Assembly (NCBI GenBank): GCA_043228905.1
Contig: JBHGNT010000013.1
Location: 9,610,001 to 9,674,000, forward strand
DNA: 64,000 nucleotides
Reading direction: 5' to 3'
From: Azolla caroliniana
Lineage: Eukaryota; Plantae; Polypodiophyta
Part shown: piece after piece, positions 1 through 12,070 of the stretch
Numbering within the stretch: position 1 is the first letter of the stretch
Layout: each line of letters starts with the position of its first letter
Program-made: the position numbers and the translations under genes
Notes under the pieces: generated by a model
Database searches by the model: none
What the model was told of the DNA's origin: nothing
The model's input: the letters and a program-made list of their open reading frames with translations, nothing else

Positions 1-361
1 CGCTTTTCGTCTCGATCTACCTCCACAACTTCAAATACATCTGGTGTTTCATAGTTCTCTCCTTGAACCCTATCAAGACAGCACCATCCCAGGTCGTATT
101 AAACAACCTCCACCCCCGATCGAACTTGAAGATGGACCTGAGTACGAGGTTGCCGCCATCCTCGATTCCAAGATTGTTTGCAACAAGCTCTACTATTGAG
201 TCGATTGGCTAGGATATAGTCCCAAGGAGCGTACTTGGGAACCAATAGAGAGGTGACCAATGCTCGTGCTCTTCTTGAAGACTTCCATCGTCAATATCTA
301 GACAAACCGGGTCCTCAATCCAAAACGACGAGTGTCCCAAGTCGTTTTAAAAGGGGGATAG
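1..361 (+). mobile_element. 3' end of a chromovirus-type Ty3/gypsy element: decayed integrase chromodomain plus polypurine tract
   Basis: Translates to PPPIELEDGPEYEVAAILDSK...YY*VDWLGYSPKERTWEP...LEDFHRQY (chromodomain with a stop and a frameshift). The PPT aaaagggggatag lies directly before TGTCATG at 362. Confidence 0.8.
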
Positions 362-826
362 TGTCATGATATGGCAACACTCGAACCCATGACTTTATGT
401 TACATGGGTTAACTCTTGACCATTAGACTATATGTTGTAATACGAAAAATATTATCATTTAAGTTTTACTATAGAAAATTGATGTATATTCCAGATTCCT
501 CTTGAACATTCTAGAAACTTCAGGAGTACTCCTGAGAACACTATAAAAGGAGGCATAAGGCATTATTTCAAACCAAATCGGTTCAACGCCAGTCTTAAGC
601 CTCCTAGCTACTATTGTGTATTCTCTTAACATAATATATATCTTTTGTTATCATCATTCTCTTTCTCTCTCTCTCGATCTCTCTCACTCACTCACTATTT
701 CCTTCTCTTGAGAGTTCTACACCTCCTTAGTACTAATCCTCATCTTTTAGTACTAATTCTTTCTTTGTCTTAGTACTGTTGCTAACAGTACTTCTTTGTC
801 TTAGTATTGTTCCTGACATCACCACA
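362..826 (+). repeat. 3' LTR of the chromovirus-type element
   Basis: TG at 362 after the PPT, TATA-like ctataaaag near 541, ends tcaccaCA at 826 where copia RT sequence resumes. Confidence 0.7.
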
Positions 827-3800
827 ATGCGGGCAGTATACCTAGGCGCACTGTTGACTTCTCCAGTGTTCACCTTGTAGACCCATTTGTTCCTGAGTGC
901 TCTCTTACCTCTCGTTAATTCTACTAGGTCGTAGGTGTAGTTTTCGTGCAAGGAGTCCATCTTATCTTGCATCGCATTCAGCCATTTCTCTCTGTGCTTG
1001 TCGGCAATGGCTTCATCATAGCACTCTGGCTCACCTTCATTAGTCGAGAGGATGTATTGACTGGTAGATGTTATCGATGCTCTCCTTTCTCTGAGTGGGT
1101 ATCTCCTTCCACTCGTTGTCGGCTCTTGTTCGGGTGACTCTCTCAACACTCCTCTTTGCTTGGGTTCATATATGTCGATCGGCTTTTCAAAGTTGGACGA
1201 CTCCAACCCGTATTCCTCGATCGACCTTAACAACTCTACCGACTTAGACTCATAGTCGGTCAGTCTCTCCGAGTCGACCAACTCAGAATCGGTTGTGCCG
1301 ACTGGTTGTCTCCGAATAGCCCACTATGTTAGTTCACTTGGCCTCAAGTCGATAGTAGTGGAGGTTGACTGGTTAGTCGATTCCGACTTTTGTTGCTTCC
1401 AGTCCTCTATGGTATTGTCTTCCAAGAAGACTACGTCCTGACTCCTCACTACCTTCTTGTCGACTAGGTCCCATAGCTTATAGCCAAACTCATCTTCTGA
1501 GTATCCCATGAATATGCATGGTTTCGACTTGCTGTCGAGCTTCGACCTCTGATCCTTAGCCACATGCATATTCGATAAACATCCAAACACCCTCAGGTGT
1601 CGGTAGGAGACTTCCTTTCCTTTCCACACCCTCTATGGGACATCACCCTTCAATGGCACTGCGGGAGACCTGTTGATCATATAAACAACTGTATACATCG
1701 CCTCAGCCCAATAGGATTTCGGCAGTTTAGCATGAGAGAGCATGCTCCTTACTCTCTCCATGATTGTTCAATTCATCCTCTCTGCAAGCCCATTCAAGTC
1801 AGGGGTCTTTGGTATAGTGTATTCAATTTGAATACCCGGGGCTTTGTAGTATTCCTCAAATTGCCCTTTATATTTGCCACCATTGTCGATTCAGACAACC
1901 TTCAACTTCCGACCCGACTCTTGTTCGGCTCTTGCTTGGAACTCCTTTGAAGAACAACAGTACTTGATCTTTTGACTTTAATACAAAAGCCCACAACTTC
2001 CAATTGTAGTCATCAATAAAGGTCACAATGTATTGTCTGCCTCAGTGTCACGGAGCATCTACATAGCACACATCTGTGTGTACTAGTTTCAGTGGCACTT
2101 CTCTTCTCCTTGGTGGTCTGAAGTGGAATGTTGCTCTGTTCTGCTTTCCGACTAAGCAGTCGACACACTTCTCCAGGTGCACTCCCTTTACCTCAGGTAG
2201 AAGCCTCTGGTCGGCCAACAAATGTAGTCCCTTCTCACTCATGTGATCTAGCCTCTTATGCCATATTTGTCCCGTCGAGTCAGCTGCCAAAGTCGATATC
2301 AGATTCAATCTTATATCGGGGACGTATCGAACATCCTTCAGAGTTAGTCGACACCCCATCGGCGTCGTCAGGTAGACACTTCCGATTTCAGCTACCCTAC
2401 ACACCCCACTGTCACCCATCTTTACATAACCATGGTCACCGGCTATGTAAGTCGAGAAATACTCTCTCGACGGAGTTATGTGGAAGGATGCACCAGAGAT
2501 GATTACCCAAGTGCATTCTTCACTCGCAAGGTTTGCACTTGTCTATTCACAAATGAACAACAGTTCTTCATTGCTCGTAGCAATGGCTGAAGTGCCCTTT
2601 TCATCAGAAATCTTCTTGGGTTCGACACCATTACCAACACTTTTGTCCTTCCTCATGTGTTGAAAGTCCTTTTGGAAGTGTCTAGGTTTTCCACAATAGA
2701 AGCACACGAGCTTATCTCTGGACTTTGACCTAGCTTGAAACTTTTCTCTCTTGGGTGGACTTCTTTGTCGGTTCCCCCATATGCCGATGTGTTGGGTCAA
2801 ATTTGACTCCAACTGGACTAGAACACCCTTGTCCTTCCTTCTCGCTTCCTCATTTAGGATGCTTGTCTTCACTGCTTGTAAAGACAAGTTCTCTTCTTGA
2901 CAGGAGGTGTTGAGAGTAACCACCAGGTTCTCCCAACTATCCGGTAGTGTGCAAATCAGCAAGATGGCCTGCATGACATCATCGAGGGGAAACTTGGTTG
3001 TAGCAAGCTGATTTACATACCCCATGAATGTGTTGATGTGTTCAACGATGCTCTCACTGTCTCTGTATTTCAGTCGTATGATCTTTCTCATCAGTGAGGT
3101 TTTATTGAGGGCGTTCTTCCTCTCATATAAACCTCACAGTTTCAGCCACATCTCGTGGGCATTCGTGTCGTTCGCCACATGCTGAAGGACACTTACATTG
3201 ACGCACAATCGGATGGTGGCCACCGCCTTTCTGTTGAGAAGTTTCCATTCCGACTCTAATACCCCCGTGGGTATTTCTACTCTGTCAATTGGCTCGTACA
3301 TGACTTTGACTATGAGAAGGTCCTCCATCTTTATCTTCTAGTCTACATAGTTTTGAGAGTTTAGAACTATCATTACTAGGAAGCTGCTCACACCTCCTTC
3401 CATGCTTGCACCTCAAGCTTTGAAACCAATTTGTTGATCGGAAACAAATCGACAATACACAAGAAAGGAATGCATTGGAATACACGGTTCGAAACACAGA
3501 AGAAAATGTGCATAGATTTTTGCTGAAAACCCTAAAAGCGGGAGAAAACCACGGAGAACGGAGCTTCACTATATATATGGTGGATATACAATGACGGGAT
3601 TAGAGTACAACACTCTCTACTCCGAGTGTATCAGCTGCGTAGAGCTCTTGGCGTATGCTCTTACAAAACGTGGCTATGGTGCCGCTCACTCAAAGTCTCT
3701 CTTCACGTTCTCACTCTTGTCTATTGTTCTCTACAACAGAGGATAACCCATTGTTCTGCCTCACTCACACAATTAACACTACTTGCCCTAGGTGTATTTA

Positions 3801-4092
3801 TACTTGTACCTTGTATGGGTTATTTACAAATGTAGCCACTACTACACAACACTACTATTATTATCTATAATAATAAGTGGAGATCAGTCGACCCAAGCGT
3901 TGATTGTCCAGCCAATCCGACTAGTCGACCTGGTCATCGACCATCTGGTCGGCCCGACTAGTCGGTCGCGTCTTTGACTTGGATCTCCTTTCTATTGACT
4001 CTCACATTCAACTTTCTTGCAATCGACTCTTCAACTATCGATACTCGGCCCGAGCAGTTTTCTCCTCCCACTAGAGGGACATATTCCTAACA
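827..4092 (-). mobile_element. Decayed Ty1/copia element (5' LTR 3432-4092, PBS, gag, protease, integrase, start of RT)
   Basis: Minus-strand ORF fragments: CFYCGKPRH zinc knuckle, GAG-pre-integrase WHKRLDHMS/CVDC, HLRVFGC, NKWVYKV. PBS-Met-like tggtttcaaagc adjoins an LTR bounded by TG...CA. Many stops. Confidence 0.9.
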
Positions 4093-4561
4093 TTAAGCAG
4101 TTGGGAACGACACAAGAACATAAGACAAAGATGTAAATAAAGTAGAGAAAATAATGGCGAAACGAGAATATATACTATATAGATTGACGTGTCAATGACT
4201 GGCATTGAAACCCTTAAAAGGGATCAAGGAAGTCACAAGTATTTATACATATTTGTGGCCTCTACAATAGTTCCATGCATTGACCCATTTTCATGCAGAA
4301 GCTTCTAGAGCTTTCTAGAAGCTTCTAAAAACTCCTAGAACTTGGAATAGATAGTCTACTAATATATACATAACATAACCATGTATTTGGATGTGCTGGT
4401 TAGAATATAACACTTGACTGTATACAAGAGATGAAGAGTTTGAATCTTGACATGATTGTTGTCATGTCCGTGTCATTATCCTCCCCTTTACGATCACCTT
4501 TTTGGAAGTGTGGTGTAGGGGTGAGCTGAAAGAGAAAACCGGAGTAGGTTGAGGAATGGTT

Positions 4562-4880
4562 GAATGTGCGGTCCTCACCGGAGAATGGAACACGAGTGAA
4601 CGTGAGCGACCATGTGTGGTCCTCATCGGGAATTAAAGAACCAATGGGCATGAACGACCATGTGCGGTCCTCACCAGAGACACAAACACCAAAGGGCGTG
4701 AGAACACATGTGCGGTCCTCACCGGGAACTGGGACACCAACGAGCATGAGCGACCATGTGTGGTCGTCGCCGGAGACACGAACAACAACGGGCGTGAGCA
4801 CCCATGTGTGGTCCTCACCGGGAACTGGGATCCCAATGGGCGTGAGCGACCATGTGCGGTACTCACCGGGAACTGGGACA
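4562..4880. repeat. ~60-bp tandem repeat (about 6 copies, core atgtg(c/t)ggtcctcaccgg)
   Basis: The core recurs at about 4564, 4612, 4660, 4709, 4756, 4805 and 4852 with some spacing variation. Confidence 0.75.
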
Positions 4881-5029
4881 CTTGACGTCGATGAAGGCTA
4901 GGAAAAGTATTGTTGATGACGACACCAAGAGGTGCTAAAGATGGTGATGTCGAAGATGAAACAATGAAGACAATGGTATTGAGGAAGCGTCTCTGGAAGC
5001 AATGATTGTGACTATGGCAATGATGGAAA

Positions 5030-5484
5030 CAAAGAAATAGATGAAGACGATAAGAAACACAGAGATCGAGACGTTGAGGATAAAAAGAAACACAAAGATA
5101 GAGATATAGAGAATGATAGAAAACACAATCACAGGGACGAAGATTATAAGAAACACATAGATAAGGATGATGGTGATAAGAAACACTAGAGATGAAAACG
5201 GCAGGAAACACAGGGAAACGGATGACAATGACAAAAAATGCGGAGATGGGAATGTGAAAGGTGATAAGAAGCGCAAAGATAGGGATGATGATGATAAGAA
5301 AAACGGAGATAGATATATGGAGGATGAGAAGAAACTAAAAAACAAAGACAATGAGGAGGAGAAACTAAAAGATAGAGACAAAGATGAGAAGAAATTAGGA
5401 GATAGAGGTGGTGAGGAAGATAGGAAACGAAGGGATGTTGATGACGGTAACTCTGGAAGCAAGGACGATGACGAAGACGGGTGA
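5030..5484. repeat. Degenerate ~30-bp purine-rich repeat (gatgaNgatgataagaaacacagagataga-like), also at 6400-6490 and 7592-7950
   Basis: Periodic GAT/AAG-rich units. They produce the D/K/E/R-rich ORFs in the track, which have no recognisable domain. Confidence 0.7.
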
Positions 5485-6494
5485 TGCTTCTAGTTTGAAG
5501 GGATGCAAACTGTCGTAGACACACCAACATTAGACTACGACAAAGCACGGATGATGAGGCTACAATCGATAAGGTTATGAACGTAGAACTCGATGTGGTG
5601 AGGCTAGAAACTCGAGAAGTTCAGAGTGACGAGACGAGGAACTTAAGAAGCTGGGAATGACACAAGAACATAAGACTCAGATGTAAATAAAGGAGAGAAG
5701 ATGGGGCAAAACGAGAATACTAGATTGATGTGTCAATGACTGGCGTTGAATTCCTTGAAAGGGATCAAAGAAGTTACAAGTATTGATACATATGTTTGTG
5801 GCCTCTACGTTTAGTTCCATGCATCAACCCATTTTCATGTAGAAGCTTCTGGAGCTTTTTGGAAGCTTGTAAAAACTCCTAGAACTTGGAATCGATAATC
5901 TACTAATAATCTACTAAGATATAGATTATTATCATGTAATTGGATGTGTTGGTTAGAATATAACACTTGACTGTTGTCATGTTCATGACATTATCCTCCC
6001 CTTTGCGACCGCCTTTTCGAAAGTGTGGTGTAGGGGTGAGCTAAAAGAGAAAACCGGAGTAGGTTGAGGAGTGGTTGAATGTGTGGTCCTCATGGGAGAA
6101 TGGAACACGAGTGAACGTGACATTATCCTCCCCTTTACGACCGCTTTTTCGGAAGCATGGTATAGGGGTGAGCTGAAAGAGAAAACCAGAGTAGGTTGAG
6201 GAGTGGTTGAATGTGCGGTCCTCACTTGGAACTGGGACATTTGACGTCGATGAAGGTTAGGCAAAGTATTGTTGATGACGACACCAAGAGGTGCTAAAGA
6301 TGATGATGTCGAAGACGAAGTAATGAATACAATGATGTTGAGGAAGCGTCCTTGGAAGCAAGGACTCTGACTATGCCAATGATGGAAACAAAGAAATAGA
6401 TGAAGAGGATAAGAAACACAAATATCTAGACATTGAGGATAAGAAGAAACACAAAGACAAAGATATAGAGGATGATAGAAAACACCGTGATAGG

Positions 6495-7047
6495 CATAGA
6501 ATGAACCATACGTATCATACGTGCATTCGCATTCGAGAATGATTCAATCAAACGTGTATGGTAAATCATCTCAAAGTTGGATTGGATTGACTAGGGTCTA
6601 TATTATATATTGATTCACTCTCAATCCTAATAAGTGGACTCTAATCCATTGTGAACCACCAACATAAGTATGGTTGCAATATTTGCATTGTATCACATGC
6701 ATACTTTTGGGATGCGAATCAAGACATCTCTATCATCCTCACTTTAGAACTTTACAAAAAAATGAGTATGAACTATATAGAGATTGAATCAAAATATGTC
6801 ATTATAAATTATAATAAAATGTTCAAAAACTCATAAAACGTATATTCGAGAATATGAAGAAAACATGACATAGGCAATAGTAGCATAACAACTTACCACT
6901 AGGGTGACCTAATTTCTAATAACAAAGAAAGAAAAAAAGAAATGATCAAAAACTCATAAAACGTATATTCGAGAATATGAAGAAAACATGACATAGGCAG
7001 TAGTAGCCTAACAACTTACCACTAGGGTGACCTAATTTCTAATAACA

Positions 7048-7079
<32 letters not shown>

Positions 7080-7591
7080 AAAAGGAACATGACACTAACA
7101 TAAAAAATTGCCATGACATACGCAGTAGTAGCATAACAACTTACCACTCGGGTGAGCTAATTTCTAATAACAAAAAAAGAAAGAAAAAGAAGAAAAAGGA
7201 AAGAAAAAGGAACATAACACTAACAAGAGGATAAAAGTAAGTTGGGAATTGAACCCAAGACACAAGTAATAGTAGCACAACTTACCACTAGGTTGTGCTT
7301 AGTTGTAATAATAATAATAATAAAGAAAAAAACTATTATAACACAAACATAAAATTTTGCTATAACATGGTACTAATGAGAGTGAGAGAGAGAGAGAGAG
7401 ATGAGAAAATTGGGAATCAAACCCAAGACATAGACAACAATAGCATGACTCCTTACCACTAGAGTGAGCTAAATTGTAATGATAACAAATGAAAAAACAG
7501 AAAAAAAAAGGAACACGTATTTTTCCCATTTCAAACGTGTTCGTTTCCAAACGTTGGAATGCTTGCACGAACACGAATATTACGTTCTATG
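6495..7591. mobile_element. Non-autonomous hAT-like element (~1.1 kb)
   Basis: Short inverted termini CATAGAATG...CGTTCTATG. 8-bp flanking duplication gtgatagg (6487-6494) / gtgacagg (7592-7599). It interrupts the internal repeat, which is continuous in the sister copy near 5125. Internal ~120-bp tandem repeats at 6820-7170. Confidence 0.65.
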
Positions 7592-8142
7592 GTGACAGGG
7601 ATGAAGATGATAAGAAACACATAGATAGAGATGAAAACGACGGGAAACACAGGGAGAAGGATGCCAATGACAAAAAATGCGGAGATAGGGATGTGGAACG
7701 TGATAAGAAGTGCAAAGATAGGGATGATGATGATAAGAAACACGGAGATAAATATGTGGAGGATGAGAAGAAACTAAAAAACAGAGACGATGATGAGGAG
7801 AAACTAAAAGAAAGAGACAAAGATGAGAAGAAACTAGGAGATAGAGATGGCGACGAAGATAGGAAACAAAGGGATGTTGATGACGGTAACTCTAGAAGCA
7901 ATGATGGTGACGATGGTAACTCTAGTGGCAAGGACGATGACAAAAACGAGTGATGCTTCTAGTTGGAAGGGATTCAAACTGTTGCGAACACACCAATGCT
8001 AGACTACGACAAAGCACAGATGACGAAGCTACGACTGATAAGGTTACGAATGTGGAACTCGACGTGATGAGGCTAGAAACTCGGGAAGTTCGGAGTGACG
8101 AGACGAGGAACTTAAGAAGTCGGGAACGACACAAGAACATAA

Positions 8143-8178
8143 AACACGTTCGCGTTCACAAGTGGAAGGATCGCGCAT
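8143..8178 (+). repeat. Left TIR aacacgttcgcgttcacaagtggaaggatcgcgcat
   Basis: Reverse complement of 17404-17439 with 34/36 identity. Confidence 0.95.
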
Positions 8179-8501
8179 AAATGGAAGGATAAGGGTAATT
8201 TTAGGGGTTTTTCAATGATTTTACAAAACACATTGATACCAGTATCATACAAGTTCAAACATACTATGAAAAAGGTTAAAAATCCACTATTTTCGTGATT
8301 TAGAAGTAACTAAAAAAAGACGAATATCAAAAACGTACATTCTCAATTTATATCACAAACTTTACAACCAATGTTATTTTATAAGAAACGATTTTTGGGA
8401 AATCATAAGAATTCAAAACACATGATTTTATATTACTCGATTTGTTACAAGCGGAATGTAGTTACACTTAATAGCCAAATATACATTCATGATAGAGTCC
8501 T

Positions 8502-11257
8502 TTACGGAGAATCACTACTATAACTAATATACAATGACGATTCCTCCTCATCATCCTCAGATGTACCAATCAGTGCATTATCTTCGTCATAAACCAAATG
8601 GTTTGACTCTAGATTATATGTAGCAGATCTCGTTTGCCTTTGACTCGAGCCACCTTGTAGACCTGGTAATTTTTCTTTTATTATATCTATTGTTGACTTC
8701 CTTAATCGTCCGGCTTTTGTAAGTGTGAAGTCGTACACGATGATATCCACATCAGAGATATCAAGGGTCGAGGTGTTACGAATGTTTCGCTTCCTCTTCC
8801 TACCTCCCCTTCTTGTTTGGCATTCAATCATCTCCAATGTATACTTACCTGTAAAAGCATTTGCACTTCTAGTGTTGTACCAATGAACATTTATAGACTT
8901 GATCGTGTTTTCTATTTCATGCATTAGCACTTCTAGAATTTTACCAACCCAAAATTGGTGGCCATGTGAGTTCTCATCAGCCGGCGTTGCAATCAACATC
9001 CCCGTGGTGAGCTCTTGCAAATTTCCTTGCCATCTAGCTTCGGCTGCTTTGGTCATCCTTGGTCCCACATAAATGTCTCTTTGTTGTGGATGGACCAAGC
9101 TGTCATTAATCGCATTTACTAGTCGCTCCGGACTTCTATTTACGCGATCATGTTGCAGCGACCATGTGAATGGCGTTTCCAAATTCCAATTATCAACAGA
9201 TACACAATTGTCTATAATTTCATTCTGATCACTATAAAATACATCCCACCATGACGTGTCTTGTTGTGCGGCATATTTCTTGGCGGCCTCAATATGCTTT
9301 CTTTTTTCTTCTAAGGCTTGGAGCCATGACCGTTTTTGTTCTGATACCAAGTCGCTCTGCAACTGTCCTTTCTTCTCAATTGGCATTTGCTTAGCTCCAT
9401 GGACAATTGTACTCGGCATACAAAGTAATAACTGGCAACCACCTTCAGGTTCCCATGTTGTAGAAGATGAATATTGTTTAGCATACAAAAGTGTAGAACC
9501 ACTTATTCCATTTTTCTTTATCAAAAAAATGTGATTGAAACTTATATTGTTTAACTGAGCAAGCACTTTAACATTCCCACCACCCCCATCTAATATATAT
9601 CTCTTAAAGTCATATACCTCCTTCAAGTGTAACACTTTTGGGCGTGGTGTATATGCATCACAAATGACATCAAATAGTTTAGGTAAAGTGAAAGCATCAT
9701 GCCGAGACAACTGTCTGGAGAATGTGCTAAACATCTGATCTATATGGTCATGTGTGTGGCCAACCAAAAGGAAATTGACTTTCACTTTCCTAAACAATTC
9801 TAGGTTGACCAACATACTTAGATACCCAAATACAGTTGAATTTTTGTTCTCTCTAGCAGTATTGTCCAATTGAATGTATAGAACAGGGGGGAAAGGTTGT
9901 CCCCAAGACATCAAAACTCGGTGAATCACTGTAACTGTTAGGTTAGGGTCATTGTGAACATTGGGGTAAGTAATGAAGACGTGAGGTCGAACAGACCTAT
10001 TATAAGCCAAGCATCCCACCAAGTGCATTTGAACAAGGCACTCATCATTGACATCTTTGGGGAGCCTCCGCATATGCGGCAAGCATGTCTTCTTCTGGTC
10101 CATGCCATCTATCATTAAGCACATGTATTGTTCAGGCCTCTTCAAACACTTCTCTCTATGATGCATCGCCTTCCTTCGTTCTAAGGATTGTGCCTCACGA
10201 TGCTCTTGTAGTAACTTCTTACTCGTATCCTTTTCCATTGATGTCTTTGCACCTTTAGCCAAACTTTTAAGATTTGCACAAATGGAGCAATACCCCATAC
10301 GTACTTTACGAGGAATAATAACATTTGAAAACCGAGCTCTCCATAATCTTGTGAATTGGCTATAGGTGATAGACTTATTACGTGAGCCCAGCATTTCAGA
10401 TCGATAGACATCATAAACTTCCCGACGGGTATAATTATCAGAAAGATGCATCCTACCTGTAGTGGGCATTACTTCACAATTTAACTGAAAGTAAGTTTTC
10501 ATCCAGCCAATAGCTAGTCTTCCAATTGCACCTTTCATACTTGGAACCTCTTTACAATTGAGCATCTGATCCCCGCTAAGTAGACGTTGTTGTACTCTAT
10601 GTAGCCGCATGTTACTAACACATAACGCAATTTTGAATGCAACTCTACATATCTGTTGCGCATGGAAGATATAATACTCTAATGATACTTTGATCCCCGT
10701 ACATTTGTCAGATACTAGTTGCATATGTGATCCGAGGTAAGTGTCTTGCTCATCACCGGTCATCGAAAAATAGTATCGCCTTAATTCTCGCAACTTTGAT
10801 TTTCCAATCATAGACATACAACCACGGGCACAACATATTTTGTTGACATCAAATCCAATCTGTTTATCTGATGTCACCAAGCTAAATCTAGCCAGACGAA
10901 TTCTTCGTGGGATTCTTCTAATATGCATAGGGCTCCCAGATTTCTCTTCCTGCATAGAGGTTGGTGTAACCTTGTTACAGTCTAATTCTCTGTTCTGACC
11001 ATCGCCAATGTTATTCAATGTTTCCTGGGCACTTCCTTCATTCTCGGTATCTTTATTAATATCGTATTCTTCAATAGAGAACTCTTCACATGTGTCATTA
11101 TTTACATTCCCTGTAGATGAGCTCAGACAATATTCTTCGATAGAATATGGACAATCGAATATGGTGACTCTGTTGACAAACAATACTCTTCAGTAGAAAA
11201 CGATGGGTCTGATGACAAACAATATTCTTCAATCGAGAACGGTGAATCTTCACTCAT
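8502..11257 (-). CDS. DDD-type transposase, Sola1-like (DUF7869-type motifs). Open for 893 codons (8502-11183); probable original ATG at 11257, offset by a frameshift
   Basis: Motifs CCARGC, ICRVAF, CSICANL...H, IDGMDQKKTCLPH, LYIQLDNTARENKN and FLLVGHTHDHIDQMFS give a putative D-D-D triad. The gene lies inside TIRs with a 4-bp TSD, the TSD length described for Sola elements. Confidence 0.8.
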
Positions 11258-11928
11258 GGCTTAAGGTCTAGATAGGGCTCTCTAAGTTATACTCCTCTCT
11301 AAACATATACTCCTCCCTAAACATAAACTTCTCTCTAAACAAAAGCCAAATCAATAGAATGTCTATATTATGTAATATTCTATTAATACAATACATCTAA
11401 AAATTATTTTTAATAAAGTAATTTTACTTAAATTATCAATCATTATATAAACTAGATCTAAATGATGTTAAATCAAGTAAAATATAAAACTAATCATTAA
11501 CAAGCCTTGAATATGTTGGATTAATGTTAAAATCATTGGCTAATTAATGACACCCATTTTGATATAGAACGTCTCACGCATTGGTTCTTTAATGCTCACC
11601 ATTTTAAATATTAGACTTATCAATCATTGGTTAATTCATGCCCACATATTTAATACATAACATTTGAGAGTCATAACAATTGTTGCTTTTAGTAATCAAT
11701 CATTGGTACATTCATGAACCTCTATCATTGTCTCCTTCATAACCTTTGAAGTCATTGTAGGTTGTTATGACTATAAAAGATTGATCAATATGTTAGTTTG
11801 ACTTTGTAATCATTAATACAATCATAAGTTACTCTAGTTAATGTGACTATGGTTACCAACTAACTATCCTCAAAGTTACCAACATTGGTTAAGGTGACTA
11901 TGGTTACTTTAACCATGTGTTCAATCCC

Positions 11929-11936
11929 TATAAATA
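11929..11936 (+). promoter_or_regulatory. TATA box of the methyltransferase gene
   Basis: ccTATAAATAgg ~140 bp upstream of ATG 12071, which is in a good context (aaccATGt). Confidence 0.6.
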
Positions 11937-12070
11937 GGAAGACCTCATCATATTTCACTCACCAGAGCGTACAGAGCACACAGAACGTAGAGAGCACAGA
12001 GAGCACACAAAGCACTCAGAGCACAAAGCACGAAAGCGCGATCTCCGCCTCCACTTCAACACGAACAACC

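Noticed and set aside
5167-7953. D/K/E/R-rich ORFs (5167-5484, 7489-7953) as host genes
   Set aside because: They are translations of a purine-rich minisatellite within a repeated non-autonomous element, with no domain or gene structure.
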